This document shows, in pieces, positions 40,118-50,827 of a stretch of 64,000 nucleotides of DNA. Each line of letters starts with the position of its first letter. The stretch's first letter is position 1. Both the position numbers and the translations under genes were made by a program. The DNA comes from Vicinamibacteria bacterium (GTDB taxonomy: Bacteria > Acidobacteriota > Vicinamibacteria > Fen-336), in NCBI GenBank assembly GCA_963578825.1, contig CAUZDW010000003.1, forward strand, positions 88,100-152,099, given 5' to 3'. The notes below the pieces were generated by a model that was not told where the DNA came from, ran no database searches, and saw only the letters and a list, made by a program, of their open reading frames with translations.

Positions 40118-41395
40118 ATGCCAGGCCATTGGCGTGCGGCGGTTGCGGCGCTGGCTCTTCTGGTCGGGGCCCGGGCCGGGGCCGAGATTCCCGTGGTCGA
40201 GCTGGATGGGGTGGTCCACGCCGTCACCGCCGCCCACGTCGTGAAGGCCATCGACGATGCGGACGCCGCCGGAGCCCCTCTCCTCGTCATCCGTCTCGAC
40301 ACCCCCGGGGGGCTCGACACCTCGATGAGGCAGATCGTCGACCGCATGCTGAACTGCCGCACGCCCATCGCGGTGTTCGTCGGTCCCTCCGGTGCGCGGG
40401 CCGCCTCCGCCGGCTTCATCATCGCCGTCTCGGCGGACGTGGCAGCAATGGCGCCCGGCACGAACATCGGAGCGGCTCACCCGGTCTCGGGACTCGGGAA
40501 GATGGACGAGGTGATGTCGAAGAAGGTCACCGAGGATGCCGCCGCCTATATCCGGAGCAAGGCGGAGCGCCGGGGCCGCAACGTCGAGATGGCGGAGAAG
40601 GCGGTGGTGGAGAGCAAGTCCTTTACCGAGAAAGAGGCCCTCGAACTGGGGCTCGTCGACCTCATCGCCAAGGACATTCCCGACCTGCTGGCGCAGCTCG
40701 ACGGCCGCGAGGTCCAGCGCTTCGACGGGACGAAGGTCGTCCTCGAGCTCGAGGGGCACCAGTTCGTGGACGTGAAGATGGACTGGCGGCAGGCGATCCT
40801 GTCCGCCATCGCGCGGCCGGAGATCCTGTTTCTCCTCCTGCTCGGGACGCTGGCGGGGATCGGGGCCGAGATCAGCCACCCCGGCCTTATCTTTCCCGGC
40901 GTCCTCGGGGTCTTCTGCCTCGTCCTTTTTCTGTTCGCCAGCCAGATCATCCCGGTCAACTGGGCGGGGGTCCTGCTGGTCCTCCTCGCGGTGGCGCTCT
41001 TCGTCGCTGAGGTCAAGGTCACCTCGTACGGGCTATTGACCGTCGGCGGTCTCGTGGCCATGATCCTCGGTGCGATGATGCTCGTCGATTCCAGCGTGCC
41101 CGAGCTCCAGATCGGTCTCGGCACCCTCTTGCCCATCGTCATCGCGTTCGCCGCGTTCATGATCGTCCTTGCCCGTCTGGTCCTCCAGGCCCAGCTCCGC
41201 CGACCCTCGACCGGAATGGAGGGCCTCGCGGGCCGCCCGGGTGAGGCGGTCAGCGATCTCGATCCGGAGGGCTGGGTCCTCGTGCAGGGCGAGCGCTGGC
41301 AGGCCCGGGCGGAGGAGAACGTGGCGAAGGGCGAACCTATCCAAGTGGTCGCCGGAGATGGTCTCCGGTTGCAGGTCCGAAAGGGGGCATCATGA
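40118..41395 (+). CDS. nfeD: NfeD family membrane-bound serine protease
   Basis: [24 protein letters not shown]-terminal OB domain GERWQA. Confidence 0.92.
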   Translation: MPGHWRAAVAALALLVGARAGAEIPVVELDGVVHAVTAAHVVKAIDDADAAGAPLLVIRLDTPGGLDTSMRQIVDRMLNCRTPIAVFVGPSGARAASAGFIIAVSADVAAMAPGTNIGAAHPVSGLGKMDEVMSKKVTEDAAAYIRSKAERRGRNVEMAEKAVVESKSFTEKEALELGLVDLIAKDIPDLLAQLDGREVQRFDGTKVVLELEGHQFVDVKMDWRQAILSAIARPEILFLLLLGTLAGIGAEISHPGLIFPGVLGVFCLVLFLFASQIIPVNWAGVLLVLLAVALFVAEVKVTSYGLLTVGGLVAMILGAMMLVDSSVPELQIGLGTLLPIVIAFAAFMIVLARLVLQAQLRRPSTGMEGLAGRPGEAVSDLDPEGWVLVQGERWQARAEENVAKGEPIQVVAGDGLRLQVRKGAS

Positions 41396-42138
41396 TGCAG
41401 CCGTTTGTGTTCATCGTCGTGGCCGTTGTCTTCTGGGTCATGATCTCGGTCAAGGTCCTGAACGAGTACGAGCGCGGCGTCATCTTTCGTCTCGGCAAGG
41501 CGCTGCCCAAGCCGAAGGGGCCAGGGCTCATCATTGTGGCGTGGCCCATCGACCGCATGGTGCGCGTGTCGCTCCGCACGGTCGTCCTCGACGTGCCTCC
41601 CCAGGACGTCATCACCAAGGACAACGTCACCGTCAAGGTCAACGCCGTCGTCTACTTCCGGGTGATGGATCCCCTCGCCTCGATCATTCAAGTCGAGAAC
41701 TTCCTCTTCGCCACGAGCCAGGAGGCCCAGACGACGCTCCGGTCGATCCTCGGCCAGGCCAGCCTGGACCAGCTGCTCTCGGAGCGGGAGCGGCTCGGCC
41801 AGATGATCCAGGAGGTGATCGACCAGCACACCGATCCCTGGGGGGTGAAGGTGACCCAGGTGGCGGTCAAGACCGTGGACCTGCCCCATGAGATGCAGCG
41901 GGCCATGGCCAAGGAGGCCGAGGCCGAGCGCGAGAAGCGGGCCAAGATCATCCACGCCGGGGGCGAGCTCGAGGCGTCGAATCAGCTGGCAGAGGCGGCG
42001 AGCGCGCTCAGCGCGGAGCCGGCGTCGCTGCACCTGCGGTACCTTCAGACGCTGGTCGAGATCTCGGCCGAGAAGAACTCGACGGTCATCTTCCCCGTGC
42101 CGATCGACTGGGTGGAGGCGCTGATGGGGAAGAAGTAG
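41392..42138 (+). CDS. SPFH/stomatin-like (slipin) protein
   Basis: [34 protein letters not shown]; follows nfeD. Confidence 0.94.
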   Translation: MMQPFVFIVVAVVFWVMISVKVLNEYERGVIFRLGKALPKPKGPGLIIVAWPIDRMVRVSLRTVVLDVPPQDVITKDNVTVKVNAVVYFRVMDPLASIIQVENFLFATSQEAQTTLRSILGQASLDQLLSERERLGQMIQEVIDQHTDPWGVKVTQVAVKTVDLPHEMQRAMAKEAEAEREKRAKIIHAGGELEASNQLAEAASALSAEPASLHLRYLQTLVEISAEKNSTVIFPVPIDWVEALMGKK

Positions 42139-42147
42139 GGACCTCGT

Positions 42148-43302
42148 ATGGCGACGCCCGAGGCCGACCAGGAGGACGAGGGCCTCATCCTTCGAGGCCG
42201 GATCGACGAGACCAGCGTGCCCGAGCTGCTTCGATCCGTCCTGGGGAGCGGGGAGACCGGGGTGCTCACCTTTCGGCGGGGGGAGGTCACCAAGAGCATC
42301 TTCCTCCACATGGGACGGGTGACCTACGCCCGCAGCAGCAATCCGGACGAGCGTCTCGGAGAGAACCTCCTCGGGCGGGGCCGGATCTCCATTCGCCAGT
42401 ACATCGAGGCCTCGAAGCTCGTGGCTCCCGGCCGCCGGCTCGGAACGATCCTCATCGAGCTGGGTGCCCTCGAGTCCGAGGACCTGACGTCCGTCGTCGA
42501 GCATCACGTGAAGGAGATCCTCCTCGACGTGTTCTCCTGGGCCAAGGGCGAGTACGAGCTGGTGATGACCGAGCCCGGGTCCGAAGACGTGGTCGCCCTC
42601 AACCTCTCCACCGAGAGCCTGATCCTCGCCGGCATCCGGCGGATCCACGGCTGGAGCCGCATCTACGCGGGCATCGGGGGCGACATCGAATCGGTGCCTT
42701 CACCCACCGGCAACACCGACGCCCTGCTCAAGATCGAGCTCACCGAGGAGGAGCAGGAGCTCCTGACCCACATCAACGGCCGGAACAGCGTCGAGCAGAT
42801 CTGCCAGGTCTCGTATCTCTCCAACCTCGAGACGTGTCGTGTCCTCTGGGCCTTGATGGTCCTCGGCGTGGTGCGCAAGGGGCAGCCGGGCGAGGACGTG
42901 GCCCGGGCCGAGAAGGCGGCCGCCCACGAGGACGAGCTCGACCTCGAGGGCATGGTCGAGCAGTTCAACCAGATGCTGAGCCGCGTGTACGTGTTTCTCC
43001 AGGGACGCGTGGGAACCCAGGTGGACACTTTCATGGACGAGGCCCTCTCCCGGGTCGGGGCCCAGTTCGGGTCCTTGTTCTACGGAGTGGATCTCAAGCA
43101 GTACGGGCGCGCTGACTACGATCAGCTCCTGGCCAACGTGGCCGATCTGCCCGCGGCCGAGCGCCGGCGGTTGATGCTCGGCGGGCTGAACGAGCTGGTG
43201 GCGGCGATCCAGCTCGGCGTGAAAGAGCACCACGGGGCCGAGGAAGAAGCCGTGGTCTCAGGCATAATCAAGGAAGCATATCGCAGGCTCGGGGCACGCT
43301 GA
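42148..43302 (+). CDS. DUF4388 domain protein
   Basis: LRG.I......ELL, TGVLTF, ARSS...RLGE, RLG.IL, FSW..G.Y pattern. Confidence 0.8.
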   Translation: MATPEADQEDEGLILRGRIDETSVPELLRSVLGSGETGVLTFRRGEVTKSIFLHMGRVTYARSSNPDERLGENLLGRGRISIRQYIEASKLVAPGRRLGTILIELGALESEDLTSVVEHHVKEILLDVFSWAKGEYELVMTEPGSEDVVALNLSTESLILAGIRRIHGWSRIYAGIGGDIESVPSPTGNTDALLKIELTEEEQELLTHINGRNSVEQICQVSYLSNLETCRVLWALMVLGVVRKGQPGEDVARAEKAAAHEDELDLEGMVEQFNQMLSRVYVFLQGRVGTQVDTFMDEALSRVGAQFGSLFYGVDLKQYGRADYDQLLANVADLPAAERRRLMLGGLNELVAAIQLGVKEHHGAEEEAVVSGIIKEAYRRLGAR

Positions 43303-43319
43303 GGGGAAGGGACGGAGAC

Positions 43320-43982
43320 TTGGCCCAGGACGACTACTACTACGAGATTCAGCTGACCAACAAGCAGCTGGTCTTCTATTTCATGGCTGGCGCCGCAGGC
43401 CTCATCCTGAGCTTTCTGGCCGGGGTGATGGTTGGGCGCGGGGTCGACACCGCCGCCAACGCCCACGCTAACGACCGGACCGAGCCCGTAGCGGAGGGGA
43501 GGATCGTCTCCGAGCAGCCGGCCGTCGCCCCGACCCCGCCCGAATACAGCTTCCCGCAGCGGCTCGAGGCGGATCGCCCCGTTGCTGCCCTCGAGCGCCC
43601 GCGGCCCGGCGCATCCAGCCCTCGGCCCACTCCCAAGCCGACCGCCACGCCGAAGCCCACCCCGAAACCCACGCCGGCCGCACCCGCAGCCACTCCCAGG
43701 CCCACGCCGATCCGGGCCACGCCCTCGCTGCCGAAAGCGCTGCCGTCGACCAGCAGCGGCCACGCGGTGCAGGTGGGCGCTTTCAAGGACAGGGCCACCG
43801 CCGACTCCGTCATGGGCGGCCTGAAGACGAAGGGCTTTCCGGCGTACATCAGCGTTCCCGCACCGCAGAGCGGCGGCCTGTTCACCGTGAGGGTCGGCCC
43901 GTATCGCGATCGCGCCGATGCCGACGTGGTGGCCGCGCGGCTGCGCGTCGACAAGTTCAAGCCGTACATCATCAAGCAGTAG
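43320..43982 (+). CDS. SPOR domain protein
   Basis: N-terminal TM, Pro/Thr linker, VQVGAF...VRVGPY. Confidence 0.9.
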   Translation: MAQDDYYYEIQLTNKQLVFYFMAGAAGLILSFLAGVMVGRGVDTAANAHANDRTEPVAEGRIVSEQPAVAPTPPEYSFPQRLEADRPVAALERPRPGASSPRPTPKPTATPKPTPKPTPAAPAATPRPTPIRATPSLPKALPSTSSGHAVQVGAFKDRATADSVMGGLKTKGFPAYISVPAPQSGGLFTVRVGPYRDRADADVVAARLRVDKFKPYIIKQ

Positions 43983-44857
43983 TGAGCGCCTCTCCGGCCG
44001 CCGCGCGGCTGCCCGACTGGGCTCGGAAGGGCAGCCCTCTCGCCAGGGGAGCGCGGGCCGTTCGCATCCTGCTGCGCGAGGGGCAGCTCAACACCGTCTG
44101 CGAGGAGGCCCGCTGTCCCAACCTGGGAGATTGCTTCTCCCGGGGCACGGCGACCTTCATGCTGCTCGGCGATCGATGCACGCGCCGGTGTGGCTACTGC
44201 TCCGTGAGCACCGGCCGTCCTCTGCCCCCCGACCCGGACGAGCCGGCTCGGGTGGCGATGGCGGCGATCCGGATGGGGCTCCGATACGTCGTCTTGACCT
44301 CCGTCAACCGCGACGATCTCGAGGACGGCGGCGCCGGGCACTTCGCGGCGACCGTGCGGGAGCTGCGACGGGCACTGCCCGGGGCCGGCGTCGAGGTCCT
44401 GACGCCTGACTTCGAAGGCGATGCCCTCGCCCAGGTCCTTGCGTCGGTCCCCGACGTGTTCAATCACAACATCGAGACCGTGCCGCGACTGTTCCCCCGA
44501 CTGAGGCCGCAGGGCAGCTTCGAGCGGAGCCTGGACGTGCTGGCCGCGGCAAAGCGTGGCGCCGCCCCGGTCGCGGTCAAGAGCGGCTTCATGGTCGGCC
44601 TGGGTGAGACCGACGCCGAGGTCGAGGCGGTCTTGCTCGATCTGCGCCGTGTGGGCGTGGACATCGTCACCATCGGCCAGTATCTGCGTCCGACCCGGGA
44701 GCACGCGCCGGTCGCTCGCTACGTGCACCCGGACGCCTTCGCTGCCTACGAGGCCCGCGCCGGGGAGATGGGCTTTCCCACGGTGCACTCCGGCGTGTTC
44801 GTCCGGTCTTCATTCCACGCCGAAGAGGTCTTCCACTCGGGGAGTGGGCGCTCTTGA
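43982..44857 (+). CDS. lipA: Lipoyl synthase
   Basis: TVCEEARCPNLGDC, CTRRCGYC, HNIETV, GQYLRP, VRSSF. Confidence 0.96.
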   Translation: MSASPAAARLPDWARKGSPLARGARAVRILLREGQLNTVCEEARCPNLGDCFSRGTATFMLLGDRCTRRCGYCSVSTGRPLPPDPDEPARVAMAAIRMGLRYVVLTSVNRDDLEDGGAGHFAATVRELRRALPGAGVEVLTPDFEGDALAQVLASVPDVFNHNIETVPRLFPRLRPQGSFERSLDVLAAAKRGAAPVAVKSGFMVGLGETDAEVEAVLLDLRRVGVDIVTIGQYLRPTREHAPVARYVHPDAFAAYEARAGEMGFPTVHSGVFVRSSFHAEEVFHSGSGRS

Positions 44858-46380
44858 CGCGCCTCTGGAGAGAGGGGCTGGCCGCTGTCTCCGGTCTTCT
44901 ACTCTTCTTCTCCTTCCCGAAGTTCGGGCACGACGCGGTGGCCTGGATCGCCCTTGTGCCTCTCCTCGTGGCCCTGCCCGGCACGTCGGGTTGGCGCTCC
45001 TTCCGCCTCGGGTACGTGACGGGGGCCGTCTCGGCGCTGGGGCTTCTCTACTGGGTCTCCCTTGTCATCGTCCAGTACGGCGGGATCCCCCTGCCCGTCG
45101 GGATCGCGATCATGCTGGCCCTGTGCCTGGCGTTCGCGATCTTCCCGTCGATCTTCGCCTGGGTTGTGGCCCGGCTCGTGGCGAGCTTCGGGGGAATGGG
45201 CCTCCTGGGCGCGCCCTTCGTGTGGGTGGGAACGGAGCTGCTCAGGGCCCACACCGCTCTCCAGTTTCCGTGGTGTCAGCTCGGCTACACACAGTACCGG
45301 ACCCTGCCCGTCATCCAGATCGCGTCGATCACGGCGGTCTACGGCATCTCGTTTCTCCTGGTGGCCTCGTCGGCTCTGCTGGCCTTCATCGTGGTCGAAC
45401 GGCGCCGCGCGGCCCGTCGAGCGGCCCTCGTCGGACTGGTGGCTCTCGTGGGCGGGGCCTGGGGTTTCGGAACATGGGCCATGAGTCGCCCGCTCCCGGA
45501 GACCGGTCGGATCCGAGTGGCGCTGGTGCAGGCCGCGATCCGGCAGGAGGACAAGTGGACCCCGGGACGGGCGATGGACAACCTGGAGCGTCACCTCGAG
45601 CTCACGGCCGAGGCCGCCGACCGTGGCGCGCGTCTCGTCGTATGGCCCGAGTCGTCCGTTCCGTTCTTCTGGGGGCAGGCCCCGGGCATCGCCGAGCGGC
45701 TCCGTGCGACGACGCGTCTCCAGGAGGTGTACCTGTTCTTCGGCAACGACGACCGCGAGGACGACCCGACCGGCGAGAGCCGCTACTACGTCGGCGCCAA
45801 GATGCTCACACCCCAGGGCGAGGTCGAGGCCCGCTACCGCAAGATGCAGCTGGTGCCCTTCGGCGAGTACGTGCCCCTGCAGCCGGTCTTCACGCTGGGA
45901 GGGCGCGTCGCGGCCAAGGCTGTCCGGCAGGTCGCGGACTTCAGCCCGGGCACCGAGGCCGTGGTGGCCGATGTCGACGGCCATCTGGTCGGGGGCTACA
46001 TCTGCTACGAAGCCATCTTCCCCGCCCTCGTGCGCCGGTTTGCAGCGTCCGGGGCCGAGCTGCTGATCAACGTTACGAACGACGCGTGGTACGGGACGAC
46101 CTCCGCGCCACACCAGCACCTGGCCATGTCGGCCCTTCGAGCCGTGGAGAACCGGCGCTACATGGTGCGGGCGGCGAACACCGGGATCACCACCGTGGTG
46201 GATCCCTGGGGCCGGATTCTCGAGCCCACGCAGCTGTTCGAGAGGACCGTGGTGGTCCGGGACGTTCCCCTCATCGCCGAGACGAGCTTCTACACCCGTC
46301 ACGGAGACCTGTTTGCCCAGGCGTGCCTGGCGGCGGCCCTCGCGCTCTTTGCCGCGACCCTGCGGCGCCGAAGCGTCTAG
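44854..46380 (+). CDS. lnt: Apolipoprotein N-acyltransferase
   Basis: VWPES, K..LVPFGEYVP, ICYEAIF, TNDAWYG, RAANTG. Confidence 0.96.
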   Translation: MTRLWREGLAAVSGLLLFFSFPKFGHDAVAWIALVPLLVALPGTSGWRSFRLGYVTGAVSALGLLYWVSLVIVQYGGIPLPVGIAIMLALCLAFAIFPSIFAWVVARLVASFGGMGLLGAPFVWVGTELLRAHTALQFPWCQLGYTQYRTLPVIQIASITAVYGISFLLVASSALLAFIVVERRRAARRAALVGLVALVGGAWGFGTWAMSRPLPETGRIRVALVQAAIRQEDKWTPGRAMDNLERHLELTAEAADRGARLVVWPESSVPFFWGQAPGIAERLRATTRLQEVYLFFGNDDREDDPTGESRYYVGAKMLTPQGEVEARYRKMQLVPFGEYVPLQPVFTLGGRVAAKAVRQVADFSPGTEAVVADVDGHLVGGYICYEAIFPALVRRFAASGAELLINVTNDAWYGTTSAPHQHLAMSALRAVENRRYMVRAANTGITTVVDPWGRILEPTQLFERTVVVRDVPLIAETSFYTRHGDLFAQACLAAALALFAATLRRRSV

Positions 46381-46401
46381 AATCAATATGAGGAGACTGA
46401 C

Positions 46402-47527
46402 GTGAACGAAGAACCACAGCAGCGTTTCGAGACGCTGGAAGCGAGGGCCGCGGACGTTCGCGGCTACCTTTGAACAAGCGGCCCTCCAGCGAGAGCTCGA
46501 AGAGCTCGAGAAGGGCATGGCCGGCCCCGATTTCTGGAACGACAAGGCCGCGGCCCAGAAGGTGCTCCAGCGACGCAAGCGCGTCGAGTCCGACCTGGAG
46601 CTGGTGAAGCGCCTCGGCACCCAGGAAGACGACACCCGCGTCCTCATCGAATGGCTGGCCAGCGGAGAGGACGTTGCGGACGACCTCACGGATGCCCTCG
46701 CCGCCTTCACGCAGACCCTCGAGGATGCCGAGTTCAAGAAGATGCTCGGCGGCGAGCACGATCGAGCGAACGCCATCCTCACGATCAACTCCGGTGCCGG
46801 GGGAACGGACAGTCAGGACTGGGCCGAGATGCTGCTGCGGATGTACCTCAAGTGGTGCGACCGCCGGGGCTTCAAGACCAGCGTCACCGACACCCAACCC
46901 GGGGAAGAGGCGGGCATCAAGGGCGCGACCGTGATCGTCGAAGGCGAGTACGCCTACGGGCACCTCGCGGCGGAGGCCGGCGTTCACCGCCTGGTCCGCA
47001 TCAGCCCGTTCGATTCCAATGCCCGCCGGCAGACTTCTTTTGCCTCCGTGTTTGCCTGGCCCGAGATCGACGACACGATCCAGATCGACATCCAGGAGAA
47101 GGACCTGCGCATCGACACCTACCGCTCGAGTGGGGCCGGTGGGCAGCACGTCAACGTCACCGACTCGGCGGTTCGGATCACACACCTGCCCACCGGCACC
47201 GTCGCCTCTTGTCAGAACGAGCGCAGCCAGATCCGGAACCGCGACGTGGCGATGAAGATCCTGAAGTCCCGACTGTACGACCTCGAGATGCAGAAGCGCC
47301 GCGAGAAACTCGATGCCGTCGAAGCGGGGAAGAAGGACATCGCCTTCGGCAGCCAGATCCGCTCATACGTGATCCACCCCTACCGCATGGTCAAGGATCA
47401 CCGAACCAAGTACGAGACGGGGAACGTCGATCGCGTGCTCGACGGGGACATCGAGGACTTCATCAAGGCGACGCTCGTCGCCCAGGCGCGCGGGACGCTC
47501 GGCTCGGCGGCCGGCGGCGAGGAGTGA
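46402..47527 (+). CDS. prfB: Peptide chain release factor 2, programmed +1 frameshift at CTT TGA (46468-46473)
   Basis: AGGAG RBS, GTG start, 23 codons to GYL-stop; +1 frame carries SPF and GGQ motifs. Confidence 0.96.
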
Positions 47528-47540
47528 GGGGCGCTCCACC

Positions 47541-48488
47541 GTGACCCTCCGGGTGGGCGCCTTCGGCCCGGCGATCCTCACCCTCTGCCTTGGTCTCGCC
47601 CTCGCCCTCGGTGGCTGCCAGGGCGGTGAGGGGCCGCGGGAGGCGCCGGGGGTCTCCGTGGCGGCGGCGAGCGACGGAGTCCCCGCCTGGGAGCTCGTCT
47701 ACGATCTCGAGGTCGATGGCAACGCGGACCTCTGGGCGGTGTCCGCCTCGGTGGCCGAACCCCGGCGGCTGACCAGCAGCCCCGGCTACGACGGCATGGC
47801 CCGCTTCACCCCCGACGGCGAGCGGATCGTGTTCAGCTCGGAGCGGACGGGCGATTGGCAGCTCTTCGAGATTGCGACCGGTGGGGGAGAGGCACGGCGA
47901 ATCCGCACCAACGACGCGACGGAGTATCAGGCCGACCCCTCGGCGGACGGCCAGAAGCTGGCCTTCCTGACGGACCTCGACGGGCCGGAGCGCCTGGTGA
48001 CCATGGACTTCGCAACGGGCCAGTTGCGTGAACTGGTGCGCCACGGGAAGAGGACGATCTTCGGCAACCCGAGCTGGAGCCCCGACGGCAGTCTCATCAC
48101 CTTCTCATCGAACTGGCGGATCGGCCATCAGATCTACGTCGTCGATGTCGCCAGCGGGGACGTGCGGCGGATCTCCGCGCTGACCTCCGGAGGCTGCGAG
48201 CCGCGCTTCATGCCGGACGGGCGGGTGTGCCACGTGAACCGGGGCCATATGGGCGGTTCCCGGAGCACCCTTGTGGCTGTCGACCTCGAGACGGGGGAAG
48301 AGGAAGTCCTCGTCGACTGGCCGGCCCTCAACTACGACCCCGCCTTCTCTCCCGGCGGGTCCGAGATCGCTTTCGCCTCGAACATCACCGGGGAGTACGT
48401 GATCTACCGCCAGCGCCTGTCCGACAGGAAGGCCTGGCGGGTGACGTTTGGAGCCGGTGCAGCACGGTATCCGGACTACCGCCCTTGA
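47541..48488 (+). CDS. TolB-like PD40 beta-propeller lipoprotein
   Basis: Lipobox LGGC; repeated FTPDG/WSPDG/FSPGG motifs. Confidence 0.85.
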   Translation: MTLRVGAFGPAILTLCLGLALALGGCQGGEGPREAPGVSVAAASDGVPAWELVYDLEVDGNADLWAVSASVAEPRRLTSSPGYDGMARFTPDGERIVFSSERTGDWQLFEIATGGGEARRIRTNDATEYQADPSADGQKLAFLTDLDGPERLVTMDFATGQLRELVRHGKRTIFGNPSWSPDGSLITFSSNWRIGHQIYVVDVASGDVRRISALTSGGCEPRFMPDGRVCHVNRGHMGGSRSTLVAVDLETGEEEVLVDWPALNYDPAFSPGGSEIAFASNITGEYVIYRQRLSDRKAWRVTFGAGAARYPDYRP

Positions 48489-48504
48489 CCGGCCCCGATT
48501 CCGC

Positions 48505-50805
48505 TCAGGGCGAACCGGTCAACGAGGCCGGAAGGACCTGGGGCTCCGTCCCGGCCACGAAGGTCTCCATGCGGACTCCCGGCGCGCCGGGAGCCCCGGG
48601 GCGGCCGCTGCTATCGACGGGAACGAAGACGATGTTTCCCGGAATCGGCGACTCCTCCACAGGGAGGTCGGCGGTCGCCGCCTTCCAGAAATCGATCCAG
48701 ATCGGCAGCGCCGCCCGGGAGCCGTCGGCGCCCCGTCCGAGGGAGTTCACCTTCGCGTCGAAGCCCACCCAAACACCGGCCGCCAGGGCCGGCTCGTACC
48801 CGATGAACCAGGCGTCGGTGTAGTCGTTGGTCGTCCCCGTCTTGCCGGCGATCGGGCGCTTCAGCCGACGGGCCCTCGTGGCGGTCCCGCGCTCCACCAC
48901 GCCCCGGAGCAGGCTGGTCACGATGTAGGCGGTGTCGGCGCGAATGGCGTCGCTCGCTCTGGGCCGGGTCTCCTCGATGAGGTTGCCGTCCCGGTCCTCG
49001 ATCCGGTTGATCAGGAAGGGCCGCATCCTCAGGCCCTGGTTCGCGAAGGTAGCGTAGGCCGCCACCATGTCGATGAGCGTGACCTCGCCCGCGCCCAGCG
49101 CGATCGGGAGATAGGGGGGCATCTCGCCCGACAGCCCCAGGCGGTGAGCGTACTCGATGCCGGTGTCGAGACCGACCGCCTGGAGCACCTTCACGGCGGG
49201 GACGTTGCGGCTTTGCTCGATGGCGCGCCGCAGCGTGATGGGACCCATGAAGCCGTGGTCGTAGTTCTGCGGCGACCACACCGACTGGTCCCAGGGGTTC
49301 GTGATGCTCAGGGGGGCGTCGATGAGCGTGGTGGCCGGGGTCCACCCCAGCGTCTCGAGGGCGGCGGCGTAGACGATGGGCTTGAAAGCGGATCCCGCCT
49401 GCCTCCGGGCCTGGGTGGCCCGGTTGAACTTGCTCCGCTCGAAGTCGTACCCGCCGACCATGGCCCTCACCGCCCCCGACCGCACGTCCATGGCCAGGAG
49501 CGCGCCTTGCACCTTCGGCTCCGGCTCGAGGTGAAGACGGGCCTCCTTGCGGCCGTCCTTGTCGGTGAGGGCCTTGATCCGGAAGGGTGCGACGGTGCCC
49601 CGGGGCAGCACGTCGTCCACTCGCCCCTGCCGCGACCAGCCGATGTCGGACGGCCCGAGCCGGGCACGATACTCGCCCAGTTGGACCACCGCTGAGTTGC
49701 GGTCCGAGGCCACCACCACGCCCCGCACGATGTCGCCCTCGCCAAAGGGCCAGTTCCACTCGGGCAGTTCCAGGGGATCGGGGAGGAGGCCGTCCTCGAG
49801 AATGCTCTGGGTGGGCTTCACGAATCCACGGGCCCGGCGATCGAGGACCCGGAGCCCGTCCCGCAGCGCTCGATTGGCGCCTCGCTGCATCCTCGGATCC
49901 AGGGTCGTGTAGACCCGCAACCCCCCTTGGTAGATCCTCTGGCTTCCGTACTCGCGCTCCAGGTGCTTGCGCACCTCTTCGAGGAAATAGGGAGCGATGG
50001 AGGGCTGCCTCCGAGAGAGTCGCAGCTCCAGCGGCTCCGCCTTAGCCTCATCAGCCTCCTCCTGAGTGACGTATTTCTCCGCCGCCATGCGGTCCAGGAC
50101 GCGATTGCGCCGAGCCATCGAGCCCGCCGGGTCCAGGATCGGGGTCCGGCGGCTGGGTCGCTGCGCGGTGCCCGCCACCATGGCGGCCTCCGCCAGAGTC
50201 AACTCACGGACTCCCTTTCCGAAGTAGAAGCGGCTCGCCGCCTCGACCCCGTAGTTGCCGTGACCGAGGTTCACCTGGTTGCAGTACAGCGTGAAGATCT
50301 CTTCCTTCGTGAAGTTCTTCTCGATCTGGAACGCGAGGATGATCTCCTTGATCTTCCTCTCCAGCGTCTTCTCTGGCGTCAGGAAGAGAAGGCGCGTCAA
50401 TTGCATCGTGAGGGTGGAGAATCCCTGCCCGAGCCGCCCCGAGCGGATGTTGGCGAGAGCCGCCCCGGGGACGCGCCAGGGGTTGATCCCGATGTGCTTC
50501 CAGAAGTCCGCGTCCTCCACGGCCACGATGGCGTTCCGGAGCACCGGGGGGATGTCCCGAAAGGCGATGACCACGCGCTTCTCGATAGCGAATTCCCCGA
50601 GAACGCTGCCGTCGGCGGCGAAGATCTGCGTGATGATGTTGGGCTGGAAATCCTCGAGCGAGGTGATCTCCGGGAGGTCGCTCTCGACGGCGAGGAAGAC
50701 CCCCAGGAGACACCCGCCGAGGATCGCGCTGACGAAAAGCGCGGTCGCCACGACCCGGCGCACCGTCAGAATCCGGAGGCGAATTCGGGGCGGACGCGAG
50801 GCCAT
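48505..50805 (-). CDS. Class A penicillin-binding protein (PBP1A family)
   Basis: EDADF, STLTMQL, RKIKE transglycosylase motifs; SAFK, SRN, KTGT transpeptidase motifs. Confidence 0.95.
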   Translation of the reverse strand: MASRPPRIRLRILTVRRVVATALFVSAILGGCLLGVFLAVESDLPEITSLEDFQPNIITQIFAADGSVLGEFAIEKRVVIAFRDIPPVLRNAIVAVEDADFWKHIGINPWRVPGAALANIRSGRLGQGFSTLTMQLTRLLFLTPEKTLERKIKEIILAFQIEKNFTKEEIFTLYCNQVNLGHGNYGVEAASRFYFGKGVRELTLAEAAMVAGTAQRPSRRTPILDPAGSMARRNRVLDRMAAEKYVTQEEADEAKAEPLELRLSRRQPSIAPYFLEEVRKHLEREYGSQRIYQGGLRVYTTLDPRMQRGANRALRDGLRVLDRRARGFVKPTQSILEDGLLPDPLELPEWNWPFGEGDIVRGVVVASDRNSAVVQLGEYRARLGPSDIGWSRQGRVDDVLPRGTVAPFRIKALTDKDGRKEARLHLEPEPKVQGALLAMDVRSGAVRAMVGGYDFERSKFNRATQARRQAGSAFKPIVYAAALETLGWTPATTLIDAPLSITNPWDQSVWSPQNYDHGFMGPITLRRAIEQSRNVPAVKVLQAVGLDTGIEYAHRLGLSGEMPPYLPIALGAGEVTLIDMVAAYATFANQGLRMRPFLINRIEDRDGNLIEETRPRASDAIRADTAYIVTSLLRGVVERGTATRARRLKRPIAGKTGTTNDYTDAWFIGYEPALAAGVWVGFDAKVNSLGRGADGSRAALPIWIDFWKAATADLPVEESPIPGNIVFVPVDSSGRPGAPGAPGVRMETFVAGTEPQVLPASLTGSP

Positions 50806-50827
50806 CTACGGCATTATGACGCTTCTG

